From positions 99,587-163,586 of the forward strand of contig CAWBCD010000023.1 of the NCBI GenBank assembly GCA_963787205.1: a DNA stretch of 64,000 nucleotides. Reading direction: 5' to 3'. The first letter of the stretch is position 1. Every line of letters starts with the position of its first letter. The notes under the pieces are model-generated. The model saw only the letters and a program-made list of their open reading frames with translations, had not been told where the DNA came from and ran no database searches. Origin of the DNA: an uncultured bacterium (GTDB lineage: Bacteria; Bacteroidota; Rhodothermia; Balneolales; DATFMH01). Below, piece by piece: positions 49,889-58,870 of the stretch. The position numbers and the translations under genes were made by a program.

Positions 49889-51652
49889 ATGAGCGCCCTG
49901 ATTCATAATCTCACAAACATTGGCAGCAGAAGTATCCATATTTTTTGGGCGCCTCTGCTCCTCTGGACGATGATGGCTCTTTTAGGGAAAGTGATACTGC
50001 ACTTTACAAAAGGTTTATCAGCCAGGCAGTTTTATCACTCCCATCTCGCATTACTGATTGCACTGCCGGAAGGTTATCTGGCGTATCTCATCCTGCATAG
50101 CTTGCCGACCCTACCCACGGTGGATACAGTGGCCAAATCATTTGCTGTCATTCAATTTCAGCTGCCTGCAACATTGAGTGCGGCACCGGTAACCGCTCAT
50201 CAAATAACGCTAACTGCTGATGCCTGGCTGGGGATCATTGAGTTGGTACTGGCTATTGGAATCTTAGTCTTGTTGCTGCGATTAATCATTGATCAGGTAA
50301 AACTCCATAAGTTTTCTCAGAAACTGAACAGACATGACCACCAGGAGGTATCGGATATCTCAACAGAGAATAGAAATCTGATACAGTCACTGAGAAGAAA
50401 AGTCGGAATTACCTTCTATGATGGTGACACGATACCTATGACGTTCGGATTGTTTAAACCGGTTATCGTGTTGCCGGACACTCTCAAAAAGGACCAGGTA
50501 AAGATGAACCTGGCTATTCGGCATGAATTGCAGCACATCTGCCATCACGATTACCTTCGTTTTTGGCTGATCAGGCTGCTCCGGATCTTTTTCTGGTTTC
50601 ACCCGCTGGTCTGGCTGCTTGAAAAAGATATTACCATGTTCAGGGAGATGGACATTGACGAAATGGTAATATCACAAAACAGAGAAATTTCATCTGATTA
50701 CGCGCAATTGCTACTTGACCTCGCCGCCACCCCTGCCACGCAATACCTGTTGCCTGCCGGTCTGGCCATGAGACCATCAACTATCAAAAAGAGGATTACC
50801 GCTATGACACAAACAGGGAAGACACACCATTACCGCTGGATCACTGCAAGCTTAACCATTCTGACCTTGCTGATTGCCCTCGTTATGGGTTGCTCAGATA
50901 TGCAGAATCAGGATTTATCGGGCAAAAAACTAGTGGATCAGAAGTTAACTTTTTTGAAACCCAAGATAACCATCAATGATCAGACCTATTTAAGTAATGC
51001 CATATCAATGGAAAAACCATTAAAAGTTCCGGCATTAGGAATCACGTTCATAATGACACCTGATTATGGAACCTTTTTGATTTCCGGACAATCTTTTGAT
51101 GGAGCAAAACCTGTTGGGACAATCTCCGGCGATCATTTGAAATTCACCTTAAATAGCAGAAATGTTGATGTAAGTTCCATAACGCCAATATTACCTTTTA
51201 AAAAGACTATTGTATGGGTTAAAAATGTTGATAACACACCTGTATCTAAGAATCATTGGCTAATATCATGGGCTCAGAATTTTGATGCGTATAATAAACG
51301 TATGTCCATGATGAGTACTCCACAAAAGACTTATGTCATGGAAAATGGCAAAAAAGTCTATGTCGTAGCTCATAAAATGCCCGAACTCATTGGTGGTTTG
51401 GCAAGTATAGAAAGCCGCGTGGAGTATCCCGAAGCTGCACGAAAAGCCGGTATCCAGGGACGTGTCTACATAATGTTCACTGTTGATAAACAGGGAAATG
51501 TAGTTGATCCTAAGGTTGTGAAAGGAATTGGCCACGGCTGTGATCAGGCTGCTCTTAACGCTGTTAAGCAGGCAAAATTCAAACCGGCCATGAACGATGG
51601 CAAACCAGTGAATGTACGCTATTCAGTACCGATCGTCTTCAGAGCGCAATAA
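49889..51652 (+). CDS. M56 (BlaR1-type) peptidase with a TonB C-terminal domain, paralog
   Basis: PMTFG, HELQH, FWFHP, IKKRI; YPEAARKAGIQGRVYIMFTV. Confidence 0.88.
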   Translation: MSALIHNLTNIGSRSIHIFWAPLLLWTMMALLGKVILHFTKGLSARQFYHSHLALLIALPEGYLAYLILHSLPTLPTVDTVAKSFAVIQFQLPATLSAAPVTAHQITLTADAWLGIIELVLAIGILVLLLRLIIDQVKLHKFSQKLNRHDHQEVSDISTENRNLIQSLRRKVGITFYDGDTIPMTFGLFKPVIVLPDTLKKDQVKMNLAIRHELQHICHHDYLRFWLIRLLRIFFWFHPLVWLLEKDITMFREMDIDEMVISQNREISSDYAQLLLDLAATPATQYLLPAGLAMRPSTIKKRITAMTQTGKTHHYRWITASLTILTLLIALVMGCSDMQNQDLSGKKLVDQKLTFLKPKITINDQTYLSNAISMEKPLKVPALGITFIMTPDYGTFLISGQSFDGAKPVGTISGDHLKFTLNSRNVDVSSITPILPFKKTIVWVKNVDNTPVSKNHWLISWAQNFDAYNKRMSMMSTPQKTYVMENGKKVYVVAHKMPELIGGLASIESRVEYPEAARKAGIQGRVYIMFTVDKQGNVVDPKVVKGIGHGCDQAALNAVKQAKFKPAMNDGKPVNVRYSVPIVFRAQ

Positions 51653-51718
51653 TTCGAATAGGTTACCCAAGGATCATACAATATTCAACACAACTGCCCC
51701 GTCCTCAGGAGTTGTTTT

Positions 51719-51750
51719 AAATCCCATGTCATACGGCGTGGGATTTTTTT
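51719..51750 (+). terminator. intrinsic terminator
   Basis: AAATCCCATGTC / GGCGTGGGATTT stem followed by a T run. Confidence 0.65.
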
Positions 51751-51813
51751 ATCTGTGGGATGCGTTGTCATCATAGAGAGATTCTCGTGTAAGCAATTGG
51801 GCAATTGAAGGTT

Positions 51814-52500
51814 ATGAAACAGAAACTTCCCGGTTACCTGGTTCACGCATTCACGGCGCTCGGTGCCGCACTGGGATTGTGGGCTCTGTTTGCAACAGCG
51901 GGACACCAATTTCAGCTGGCACTGTGGCTGCTGGCTGCTGCTGCCGTCATCGACTCGGTTGATGGCGCGCTGGCCCGCAAAGCACAGGTCAAAATCAGGA
52001 TACCGGAATTCGACGGAGGTCTCCTCGACAACATCATCGACTACCTGACATGGACGATCGTCCCCCTGTTCTGGGCATGGCAGGTGCTTTCTGTACCAAC
52101 CCTGGTTGTAATCATAGGCGGTATGGCCAGCGTCATTGGGTTCTCACGGACCGACGCCAAGACTGAAGATCACTTTTTCAAAGGATTTCCCAATTACTGG
52201 AACCTGGTTGTGCTGCACATGTACAGCCTGCATTTTAGTCCAATGGGTGCCAGCATCGGATTGCTCATATGCGTCTTGTTCGTATTTATACCGATGGTGT
52301 GGATCTATCCAACCAGATCTCTTCATTTTCGCAAAACGATGTTGATTCTTGGCGGACTCTACGGCATTCAGTTGCTGATCATGATCACATTGTTTCCTCA
52401 TATTCCGCTATGGCTGGCCTGGACGGCACTGATTTACCCGGTAATTTATTTCGCCGGATCTCTCTATTTGAATTTCAAACGTGAAAACGGTAGACGGTAG
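51814..52500 (+). CDS. pcs: phosphatidylcholine synthase-like CDP-alcohol phosphatidyltransferase
   Basis: VHAFTALG, DSVDGALARK..VK...P.FDG..LDNIIDYL, KTEDHFFKGFP..WN. Confidence 0.8.
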   Translation: MKQKLPGYLVHAFTALGAALGLWALFATAGHQFQLALWLLAAAAVIDSVDGALARKAQVKIRIPEFDGGLLDNIIDYLTWTIVPLFWAWQVLSVPTLVVIIGGMASVIGFSRTDAKTEDHFFKGFPNYWNLVVLHMYSLHFSPMGASIGLLICVLFVFIPMVWIYPTRSLHFRKTMLILGGLYGIQLLIMITLFPHIPLWLAWTALIYPVIYFAGSLYLNFKRENGRR

Positions 52501-52544
52501 ACGGTAGACGGTAGACGGTAGACGGTAGACGGTAGACGGTAGAC
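52487..52544. repeat. perfect heptamer microsatellite (ACGGTAG)x8.3
   Basis: Read directly; contains the pcs stop codon. Confidence 0.97.
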
Positions 52545-52799
52545 AAGGATACACAATGATTTTGGGACTTAACAATAGATCCACAACATTCAGAAAAACT
52601 TTGTGACACAAGAATGATAGGTTGCGCCAGCGGGCAACTGGTAATATGCAACAGGCATCACTAAACATAATAATTGCAGTCCCATTTATGTACTTTGTAA
52701 GCGAATTTTGGTAGAACATCGTCTTGAAACTTCTGAATAAATGCAGCGTATGAATAGTATAGAGTACCAATTATTATCATCACGAATCCGGAGGGAATC

Positions 52800-52988
52800 A
52801 TGAGTCGTACAAGATTAACCCGCTCATCCAGAAACAAGATGTTGTTAGGCGTTTGTGGCGGAATCGCTGAATACTGGGGATGGGACCCTACAGTAGTTCG
52901 CGTCATATTCTTGATTGCCACGCTTCTTGGTTTTGGTTCTCCGATCATTCTCTACATCATTCTGGCCGTTATTCTGCCGCGCTATTGA
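52800..52988 (+). CDS. PspC domain-containing protein
   Basis: RLTRS..NKMLLGVCGGIAEY...DPTVVR...LYII; GGAGG SD. Confidence 0.9.
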   Translation: MSRTRLTRSSRNKMLLGVCGGIAEYWGWDPTVVRVIFLIATLLGFGSPIILYIILAVILPRY

Positions 52989-53057
52989 ACGTGTATCATG
53001 TGAAGTCGGTATCGTTTGTTAAATTGTGTAATTGGTTTCTGCATTCGGGTTTATATT

Positions 53058-53085
53058 TTATCTCAATACTAAATACTCACGACTC
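53058..53085. repeat. degenerate heptamer array, AATACTC type
   Basis: TTATCTC AATACTA AATACTC ACGACTC. Confidence 0.7.
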
Positions 53086-53160
53086 ATTTATATTAGCTAT
53101 TGACCCCAACATTTTAGAATTTGCCGGTATGTGCAAAAATTATTGACGAATGCATGTATC

Positions 53161-54009
53161 ATGAAGATGGGGATAATTGGTCCGGCAGAGCGAACGAGTG
53201 TTTGGGAACAGCGGGTGAGGCCTATACAATCGGTCAGCGAGGTTATTACAACCGAGCGTGCTGCGTATCTGGGTTCCGTTGACGCCTGTATATTCCTCGA
53301 CGAGTCGAAAAACAAATATGAAAAGCTGCTCGATCTCATTCAGGAAGGCATCCATGTCTTCGCGATCATACCCCTGAATATCGAATCAGAGATGGCGCTC
53401 AGACTTTTTCGGTCAGCCGAAGAATCCCGTGTTCAGGTCCAATTTGCCCACTGGGCAACGTTTACTTCCCTGACCGAGTGGATGACCGAACAAATTCCAA
53501 ATCCCCGAAGCCTCTATTTCAGCCGTATTCTACCCCGTTCGGTCTTCCTTGGCTATCAAACCGGATTTGATCATCTCTGGCTGGAAGATATTGCATTGTG
53601 TCTTTCCTGGATCTCATCGGAAGTACACCGTATAGAAACAATCCCCGTACGGCATGCTGGTGAAGATCTGGCACTGCATCTGCATATACGTTTCGATAAT
53701 AGTGCCACAGGTACCATCTTTATCAGTACCCTCGGATCGGACGTCCGGCATGAACGCATGGCTTCCGACAACAAAATGTCTATTCAGGCTAACGTTTTGG
53801 AAAATCATGTCCGGATTGCACACGTCACTGCCGAAGAACGATTGGCAGTTGAACAGAAGAAAATTGAACAGAGGGAACCGGCGTCAACAGCACTTTTGCG
53901 TTTCATCAAATCCATCCAAATGCGGTTGGATCCCCCTTTTTCGGTTTATCATCTATTGCGACTTTCACGCACGTTAGAGGGTATACAGGCGCAATTAGCT
54001 CGTTATTAA
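53161..54009 (+). CDS. divergent Gfo/Idh/MocA-like protein
   Basis: MKMGIIG start, DACIF..GIHVF..P, IRFDNSATGTIFIS; lacks canonical GxGxxG and EKP motifs. Confidence 0.6.
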   Translation: MKMGIIGPAERTSVWEQRVRPIQSVSEVITTERAAYLGSVDACIFLDESKNKYEKLLDLIQEGIHVFAIIPLNIESEMALRLFRSAEESRVQVQFAHWATFTSLTEWMTEQIPNPRSLYFSRILPRSVFLGYQTGFDHLWLEDIALCLSWISSEVHRIETIPVRHAGEDLALHLHIRFDNSATGTIFISTLGSDVRHERMASDNKMSIQANVLENHVRIAHVTAEERLAVEQKKIEQREPASTALLRFIKSIQMRLDPPFSVYHLLRLSRTLEGIQAQLARY

Positions 54010-54092
54010 ATCCTTATCCTGCTGATGTTGGCTAACAATTGCAGGATTTGATAAATTTGTCTTCGTAAATATTCAAAAAATTATACACAAAC

Positions 54093-55022
54093 ATGCAAAC
54101 TGTGCCAATCAAACAGGTTGATGCCTTCACACGAAAACCTTTTTCCGGAAACCCGGCCGCTGTTGTTGTAGGAGCCAACGGTCTGAGCGGAACCGATATG
54201 CAGAAGATAGCCCGTGAAATGAATGTTTCCGAGACTGTTTTTGTGCTGGATCCAGAGTCTGAAGAGACGGATCTGCGTCTTCGATGGTTCACCCCGAGCC
54301 AGGAAGTCGACCTGTGCGGTCACGCTACAATTGCAGCCTTCCATGTACTTGCGGAAGAAGGCGCTTACGGGCTCGAAGTTGAGGAACCCCAGAGTTTTAT
54401 TGTTGAGACTCGTTCAGGAAACCTGGTCGTCGATGTTGAATGGCGAGAATTTCATCCTTATATCAAATTTAGCCTGCCTATCCCCGAATTTTTCCCTTAT
54501 CCGGGGGACATTGCTCATTTATGCGGTGCTCTTGGCCTTTCTGAAATTGAACTTAGTCAGAAAGTAAAGCCGCAAATCACCGGGAATGGTTATTGCTACA
54601 TACCTTTGAAAACGTACGATAGCCTTAAGACGCTTGATCCCAACATATCCCTGTTGCGCAAAATCAATGAACAGCATGATATTGTGGGCTTTGCGGTCGT
54701 TACGGATGATACCGGTGACAAGAATGTCAATTGGCACATGCGGTTTTTTGCACCTTCACTCGGTGTTCTGGAAGATCCTGTCACCGGATCAGCGAATGGC
54801 CCAATGGCAGCATTCCTGCTCCATAGCGGCTTTCTGGACAAGAGTAAGCAGGTCTTTACATTCCGTGCTGATCAGGGACGCTTTGTGAATCGCCCCGGAA
54901 CTGTCACCGTTTACATGCAGCAACGCGAGGGGATAATCGAAGAACTTCAAATTGCCGGCCAGGCTGTTACAGTCATGACCGGTAACCTGTTCATGACGGC
55001 TAATCAGCCCGAGCATTTTTAA
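54093..55022 (+). CDS. PhzF family epimerase/isomerase
   Basis: VDAFT..PFSGNPAAVV, NVSETVF, RWFTP..EVDLCGHATIA and EDPVTGSA. Confidence 0.93.
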   Translation: MQTVPIKQVDAFTRKPFSGNPAAVVVGANGLSGTDMQKIAREMNVSETVFVLDPESEETDLRLRWFTPSQEVDLCGHATIAAFHVLAEEGAYGLEVEEPQSFIVETRSGNLVVDVEWREFHPYIKFSLPIPEFFPYPGDIAHLCGALGLSEIELSQKVKPQITGNGYCYIPLKTYDSLKTLDPNISLLRKINEQHDIVGFAVVTDDTGDKNVNWHMRFFAPSLGVLEDPVTGSANGPMAAFLLHSGFLDKSKQVFTFRADQGRFVNRPGTVTVYMQQREGIIEELQIAGQAVTVMTGNLFMTANQPEHF

Positions 55023-55038
55023 GCGAAATAGCTGTTGC

Positions 55039-55893
55039 TCAGTCGTTGTTGCCCGATTTCATTTTATGGAAGACCGCTTTTAGCTCTTCCCTTGGCATGA
55101 GATGATTCAGGAAGTTAAACTGGCCGGCATTCAGTCGTTCCCCTCCGTCGATCACCACATCTGCGCCTGTAATGTACGGTGACAAGTCAGACATCAGAAA
55201 GACCGCCAGGTTAGCCAGCTCTTCATGGTTCCCAAACCGATGCATAGGAATGCGGTTTAGATAAAGTTCCTGGGATTTTTCATCCGGTATGAGTCGGCTC
55301 CATGCTCCTTTTGTTGGAAATGGACCGGGAGCGATGGCATTTAGGCGGATTCCATAGGTGGCCCACTCGTAAGCAAGTGTATTGGTAAGGGCCAGAACAC
55401 CGGCTTTGGCACAAGCTGATGGCAGCACAAAAGCGGAACCCGTTTCTGTGTAGGTCGTCACAATATTCAGAACAGAGCCGTTTTGTTTTGTATCGATCAG
55501 ATGGCGGCCAAAGTGCTGCGTACAGTTGAAGGTACCATGCAGAACAATATCGACAACCGATTTGAACGCATTGGGACTCAGATCCTCCGACGCCGAAAGA
55601 AAATTACCGGCGGCATTATTAACCAACCCGTTAAGCACACCATACTCCTCGTTAAAATATCGGATCATTTCGCCAACGGCATCATAATCACGTACATCAG
55701 CCACATAAGTCAGAATTTTGCTATCTGATTGTCTCAGTTCTCTCGCTGCTTTTTCCAGCTTCTCCTCGGTACGTCCACAAATGGCAACATTTGCACCGCA
55801 GCTCACGAACTTGGTTGCCATAGCCAAACCTAGTCCGCTGCCACCGCCGGTAACAAGGATATTCATGCCTTTAAGTGTATCTGAAGCGAACAT
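55039..55893 (-). CDS. SDR family 2,4-dienoyl-CoA reductase-like
   Basis: TGGGSGLG, NNAAGNF, PSACAKAGV and IAPGPFPTKGAW. Confidence 0.88.
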   Translation of the reverse strand: MFASDTLKGMNILVTGGGSGLGLAMATKFVSCGANVAICGRTEEKLEKAARELRQSDSKILTYVADVRDYDAVGEMIRYFNEEYGVLNGLVNNAAGNFLSASEDLSPNAFKSVVDIVLHGTFNCTQHFGRHLIDTKQNGSVLNIVTTYTETGSAFVLPSACAKAGVLALTNTLAYEWATYGIRLNAIAPGPFPTKGAWSRLIPDEKSQELYLNRIPMHRFGNHEELANLAVFLMSDLSPYITGADVVIDGGERLNAGQFNFLNHLMPREELKAVFHKMKSGNND

Positions 55894-55962
55894 ATATCCT
55901 CCTCTGGGTGATTCGTTTTTTCTAAAGGAGACTTTTCTTATTTTACGGTTCTATCAGTAACT

Positions 55963-56034
55963 GACTCGATAGTTCAATGGATAGAATAAGAGCCTCCGGA
56001 GCTCTAGATCCGGGTTCGAATCCCGGTCGGGTCA
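55963..56034 (+). tRNA. tRNA-Arg(CCG)
   Basis: Acceptor GACTCGA/TCGGGTC; anticodon arm AGAGC-CTCCGGA-GCTCT; T arm CCGGG-TTCGAAT-CCCGG; CCA not encoded. Confidence 0.95.
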
Positions 56035-56607
56035 CTCTCTAATATACTATTTAATTGAATAGCAATTAGTTCCGTCATCTGTTAATTCCCTCATTTTTAG
56101 AATGGTATGGGGATTTTTTTTGTATTGGCACTGACACAGGCTGCGGAATGCCCCCGAATCCAAACCTGTCTGAGTGACACTTTGTTATTCGCTGGATATA
56201 CTTCAAGTTGCAGAGACAGGAGAAATAATATGTCCTCCAAATTTATAATAAGTTGGAATTAAGTATCAAGGATACATTTTAATAGGGACGTCAGATTAAA
56301 TTTGATAAATAGATTCCATTGTTTCTCATAAAAATACTTCATTTATAATAAGACCGTAGATTGTAGCGTCACGTCTTAGTGATAGGCAGGGGAGGGAAAA
56401 TTTATCTCTTTAACCTGTTAAAGATTAAAGAATTCCATTGTCAGAGCTATAAAGCTTAATCGTTATTGGGTCGATTATTCATATATGACTAATTATTAAC
56501 CATTAATTAAGCAAATATACCAGATTTTTGAGACCATCTATTACTAATACATATATAGTTATATTATGAATGTGTATTAGAAAGTAAATGTTCTGCAGGA
56601 GTCGTTA

Positions 56608-57192
56608 ATGCCTCAATATCCATCCAGCCATATAATCAATTATCTCAGTCAGCATTTTGAGAAATATATCCTGTCGGCATCTGTAAACATTCTTCAGGAT
56701 ATTGCCCGTATCCCATATTTCAATAAAGGTAATGACCCAATTTTAAGAACGAATCATATTGCAAATCTACTTATCACCTGTATCCTTCAGCTAGATCAAC
56801 CCAACATTTCAACCAGATATGTGAATATGTACCTGGATATGCATTCTGACCAGGGCAGCTGGTATGAGTCGTTTTCAGAAGAAATAGCACGTCTTATTGA
56901 TAATCCGAAGCTCATTGACAACGTTTATTGTATTCATATGCAAGGCAGTTACCCCTATGCCGAGATCTGGCGAAAGCAATACGTTCAAGGCATCTTATAC
57001 TATTACAAGTATGTATATTCTCTGGATCAATATGAGGTTTATAATAATATGGATGATCCTGAATCGGCCAATATTCTCACCCAGAAAATCACCAGGCAGA
57101 TGATCCGTCTGGATGGGGATTATCTTGAAAAAAGTGGCGATGGAGTTATCAGAGCCAGCGTAACCGACATCAAATCGGACTGCATAAAATGA
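56608..57192 (+). CDS. hypothetical protein
   Basis: 194-aa ORF with CAGGAG SD; no recognised motif. Confidence 0.6.
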   Translation: MPQYPSSHIINYLSQHFEKYILSASVNILQDIARIPYFNKGNDPILRTNHIANLLITCILQLDQPNISTRYVNMYLDMHSDQGSWYESFSEEIARLIDNPKLIDNVYCIHMQGSYPYAEIWRKQYVQGILYYYKYVYSLDQYEVYNNMDDPESANILTQKITRQMIRLDGDYLEKSGDGVIRASVTDIKSDCIK

Positions 57193-57199
57193 AGCTAAA

Positions 57200-58417
57200 T
57201 CAGCTTATATTTTCAAAGATACCGGCGGCTCCCATTCCACCACCGACGCACATTGTTACCATTCCATAGCGGCTGCCCCGGCGTTTCATTTCATACAATA
57301 TCTGCGTCGTTAGTTTGGCCCCGGTACAACCCAATGGATGTCCCATGGCAATGGCACCGCCATTAACATTTACCTTCTCTTCGTCCAGCTCCAAATCACG
57401 AATAACAGCCAGTGACTGGGCAGCAAAGGCTTCGTTAAGTTCGATCAGATCTATATCACTCAGCTTTAACCCTGTTTGTTTGAGAACTTTGGGGACAGCT
57501 TTGATCGGACCTATTCCCATAATTTCGGGTGGTACACCAGCAACAGCGAAACCAAGATATCTGGCCATAGGTCTCAGACCTAGCGATTTGGCCTTTCCCG
57601 CACTCATCACGAGAACGACTGAAGCGGCATCATTCATTTGAGAGGCATTGCCAGCCGTGACCGTCCCTCCCACTTTGAAAACGGGTTTTAGTTTGGCCAA
57701 AACCTCAAGTGAGGTATCCGGTCTTGGCCCTTCATCAACCCTGAAATCCGAATTTTCAACAATTCGCTCACCATTTGCATCGATCATCTCGCGTTTAACA
57801 GCCACGGGGGCTATTTGCTCGTCGAAATAATGATTCTGTTGGGCATTAACTGCACGCATATGGCTGTGGTAAGCAAAAGCATCCTGATCTTCCCGGTTGA
57901 TATTATACTGCTCGGCTACACGTTCAGCAGTGAGTCCCATATTCAAATAAATACCAGGATGAGTCTCCACGATATCCGGATTTGGTCGCAGTACATACCC
58001 TCCCATCGGAACCTGGCTCATACTCTCCACACCTCCTGCAATAATAGCATCTGCCGCACCGGCCATGATACGTTCGGCGGCCTGGGCAATGGTCTGTAGC
58101 CCGGACGAACAGAATCGGTTCACCGTTGCCGCAGGTACGTCTACCGGCAATCCGGCAAGCAGGCTGGCCTGCCGGGCCATGTTCATGCCCTGCGATCCCT
58201 CAGGGAAGGCACACCCCAGGATGACATCATCTACCATACCTGCCTCTAATGCTGGAACACGATTTAGCAGTTCCCTAATAGCTATACTTCCGAGCGTATC
58301 GGGCGGCACATCTCTGAGTGATCCTTTATTTGCTTTTCCACACGGCGTCCGCACAGCCGCGACAATCACAGGAAAAGAGTCGTGAGTATTGGGTACTGAG
58401 TATTGAGAATTTGGCAT
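57200..58417 (-). CDS. fadA: acetyl-CoA C-acyltransferase (3-ketoacyl-CoA thiolase)
   Basis: [30 protein letters not shown] and MCVGGGMG. Confidence 0.93.
   Translation of the reverse strand: MPNSQYSVPNTHDSFPVIVAAVRTPCGKANKGSLRDVPPDTLGSIAIRELLNRVPALEAGMVDDVILGCAFPEGSQGMNMARQASLLAGLPVDVPAATVNRFCSSGLQTIAQAAERIMAGAADAIIAGGVESMSQVPMGGYVLRPNPDIVETHPGIYLNMGLTAERVAEQYNINREDQDAFAYHSHMRAVNAQQNHYFDEQIAPVAVKREMIDANGERIVENSDFRVDEGPRPDTSLEVLAKLKPVFKVGGTVTAGNASQMNDAASVVLVMSAGKAKSLGLRPMARYLGFAVAGVPPEIMGIGPIKAVPKVLKQTGLKLSDIDLIELNEAFAAQSLAVIRDLELDEEKVNVNGGAIAMGHPLGCTGAKLTTQILYEMKRRGSRYGMVTMCVGGGMGAAGIFENIS
58377..58411. repeat. heptamer array, downstream arm of the four-helix-bundle cassette (inside the fadA 5' end)
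   Basis: + strand GAGTCGT GAGTATT GGGTACT GAGTATT GAGAATT. Confidence 0.85.
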
Positions 58418-58773
58418 TACTTGTTGTTAAAGTTTTGAATCAGTTTATACAGCATTTTTTGTAATTCGTCAATTTGAATAGACAATGCTTCAAAGTTATT
58501 TGTATTCAAATAATGAAGATTATTCGAGATTATCAGTTGAGTTTCCAGCTCGTATATCGATCCATATGCGACATTTAAAAAATATTTAAATTCCGAATCC
58601 GAACCTCTTCCTGCACCTTCAGCAATATTAGAACTGATTGATACCACACTTCTGTGAATTTGTGAAATAAGACCATACTTCTCTTCATGTGGGTATGAGG
58701 CTGTCATTTTGTACACTTCGGTAGCCATGTCTACTGCCTTCTGCCATACCAAAAGATTTTTATACCTATGCAT
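58417..58773 (-). CDS. four helix bundle protein (23S rRNA IVP / TIGR02436, Avd-like)
   Basis: L.VWQKA, E.YGL.SQI.RS.VSI.SNIAEG.GR, FL..A.GS..ELETQL. Confidence 0.93.
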   Translation of the reverse strand: MHRYKNLLVWQKAVDMATEVYKMTASYPHEEKYGLISQIHRSVVSISSNIAEGAGRGSDSEFKYFLNVAYGSIYELETQLIISNNLHYLNTNNFEALSIQIDELQKMLYKLIQNFNNK

Positions 58774-58835
58774 TCTGTTCTCCTCTGTGCCATTATCTAT
58801 ATAGAGGACACTTGAGTCAAATATGGCTTACATTA

Positions 58836-58870
58836 AAATCTCAATACTCAGGACTCGATACTCCATACTA
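58836..58870. repeat. heptamer array, upstream arm of the four-helix-bundle cassette, inverted relative to 58377-58411
   Basis: + strand AAATCTC AATACTC AGGACTC GATACTC CATACTA; the last unit contains the fadN stop. Confidence 0.85.

Noticed and set aside
52408-52770. ORF containing LPSTVYR repeats
   Set aside because: A translation artefact of the heptamer microsatellite on the minus strand.
58417-58773. Avd-like gene as part of a diversity-generating retroelement or an rRNA IVS
   Set aside because: No reverse transcriptase, TR/VR pair or rRNA sequence was seen; the flanks are fad genes.
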